Shown: in pieces, positions 63,199 through 64,000 of the stretch
How positions within the stretch are numbered: the stretch's first letter is position 1
Layout: every line of letters starts with the position of its first letter
NCBI GenBank assembly: GCA_963422645.2
Contig: CAXXVO010000008.1
Location: 480,001 to 544,000 of the forward strand
Direction of reading: 5' to 3'
Length of the DNA: 64,000 nt
Origin: Alphaproteobacteria bacterium
GTDB taxonomy: Bacteria; Pseudomonadota; Alphaproteobacteria; UBA828
The notes under the pieces: generated by a model
Databases searched by the model: none
The model's input: the letters and a program-made list of their open reading frames with translations, nothing else
What the model was told of the DNA's origin: nothing
Position numbers and translations under genes: made by a program

Positions 63199-64000
63199 CA
63201 GGCCGCGGTCCCGATCAGACGATCGCCTGCCACGCCGGTGATGCGCGCCTGCACCAGGGCGCCGGGCTCGCCTGCCGGCCGGCCGAACGCGACCTCGGCG
63301 AAGCACTCGTCGCGTCCGTTCGCGGGCTTTTCAAGCAATACCCGGCTGTCGCGGCCGATGCGCCCTTCCAGGAAGTGCCGGCGCGGGCCTTCCGCAGCCC
63401 GCCGCAGCGCTGCGGCGCGGGCGCGGCGCTCGGGCCCCGGCACCTGCGGCATGCGCGTCGCCGGCGTGCCTGGGCGGGGCGAATAGGGAAAGACGTGGAG
63501 CCAGACCAGCCCCGCGTCTTCGATCAGGCGCCGCGTATTCTCGAACATCGCCGGCGTTTCGGTGGGAAAGCCCGCGATCAGGTCGGCGCCGAAGGCGATC
63601 TCCGGCCGGAGCGCACGCAGCCGCTCACACAGCGTCAGCACGTCAGCACGGCTGTGGCGGCGCTTCATCCGCTTGAGCACCATGTCGTCGCCCGCCTGGA
63701 CGCTGAGGTGCAGGTGCGGCATCAAGCGCGGCTCCTCGGCGAAGAGCCGCTCCAGCGCCGGGTCGACCTCCACCGGGTCTATGGAGGAAAGCCTGAGCCG
63801 CGGCAGCTCCGGCACCGCCTGGAGCAGGCGGCGCACCGCCTCGCCGAGGCGCGGCCGGCCCGGCAGGTCGGCGCCGTAATGGCCGAGATCAACGCCGCTC
63901 AGCACCACCTCGCGGTGGCCGGCCGCAACCAGCGCCCGCACCTCGGCCGCGATGGCGCCCAGCGGCACGCTCCGGCTTGGCCCCCGGGCGAAGGGGATGA
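63198..64000 (-). CDS. mtaB: tRNA methylthiotransferase MtaB (5' part outside window)
   Basis: RLRLSSID, HLHLSVQAG, GFPTET, FPYSPRPGT; adjacent to ftsY. Confidence 0.85.
   Translation of the reverse strand, partial: IPFARGPSRSVPLGAIAAEVRALVAAGHREVVLSGVDLGHYGADLPGRPRLGEAVRRLLQAVPELPRLRLSSIDPVEVDPALERLFAEEPRLMPHLHLSVQAGDDMVLKRMKRRHSRADVLTLCERLRALRPEIAFGADLIAGFPTETPAMFENTRRLIEDAGLVWLHVFPYSPRPGTPATRMPQVPGPERRARAAALRRAAEGPRRHFLEGRIGRDSRVLLEKPANGRDECFAEVAFGRPAGEPGALVQARITGVAGDRLIGTAA

Overview
High-GC bacterial chromosome segment, most consistent with an alphaproteobacterium (cysK-alaX-sseA, yejABEF, ftsY-mtaB neighbourhoods). The backbone is catabolic and transport genes: racemase, PhyH dioxygenase, threonine aldolase, MFS, amidohydrolase, asparaginase, an mgsABC/glxBCD-like cluster, hydantoinase B/A, a PotABCD-like ABC system and a divergent GroEL. 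It is heavily invaded by mobile DNA. Main sequence-supported observations: (1) IS66-type elements carrying a translationally coupled DPPY adenine DNA methyltransferase (one complete, one diverged truncated relative, plus miniature derivatives); (2) an IS1634 flanked by a 1,309-bp direct repeat that leaves both neighbouring genes intact; (3) a 1,117-bp transposase-less TGT...ACA element with a 5-bp TSD and one orphan cargo gene, inserted in a type III restriction gene; (4) a GroEL paralog with the catalytic D398 position replaced by Asn and no adjacent groES; (5) a decayed TIR-MNT-HEPN-Res defence operon inside a 15-kb nest of insertion sequences and IS66-type MITEs. No rRNA, tRNA or CRISPR array was seen. 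All family assignments are by-eye motif recognition, not database searches.
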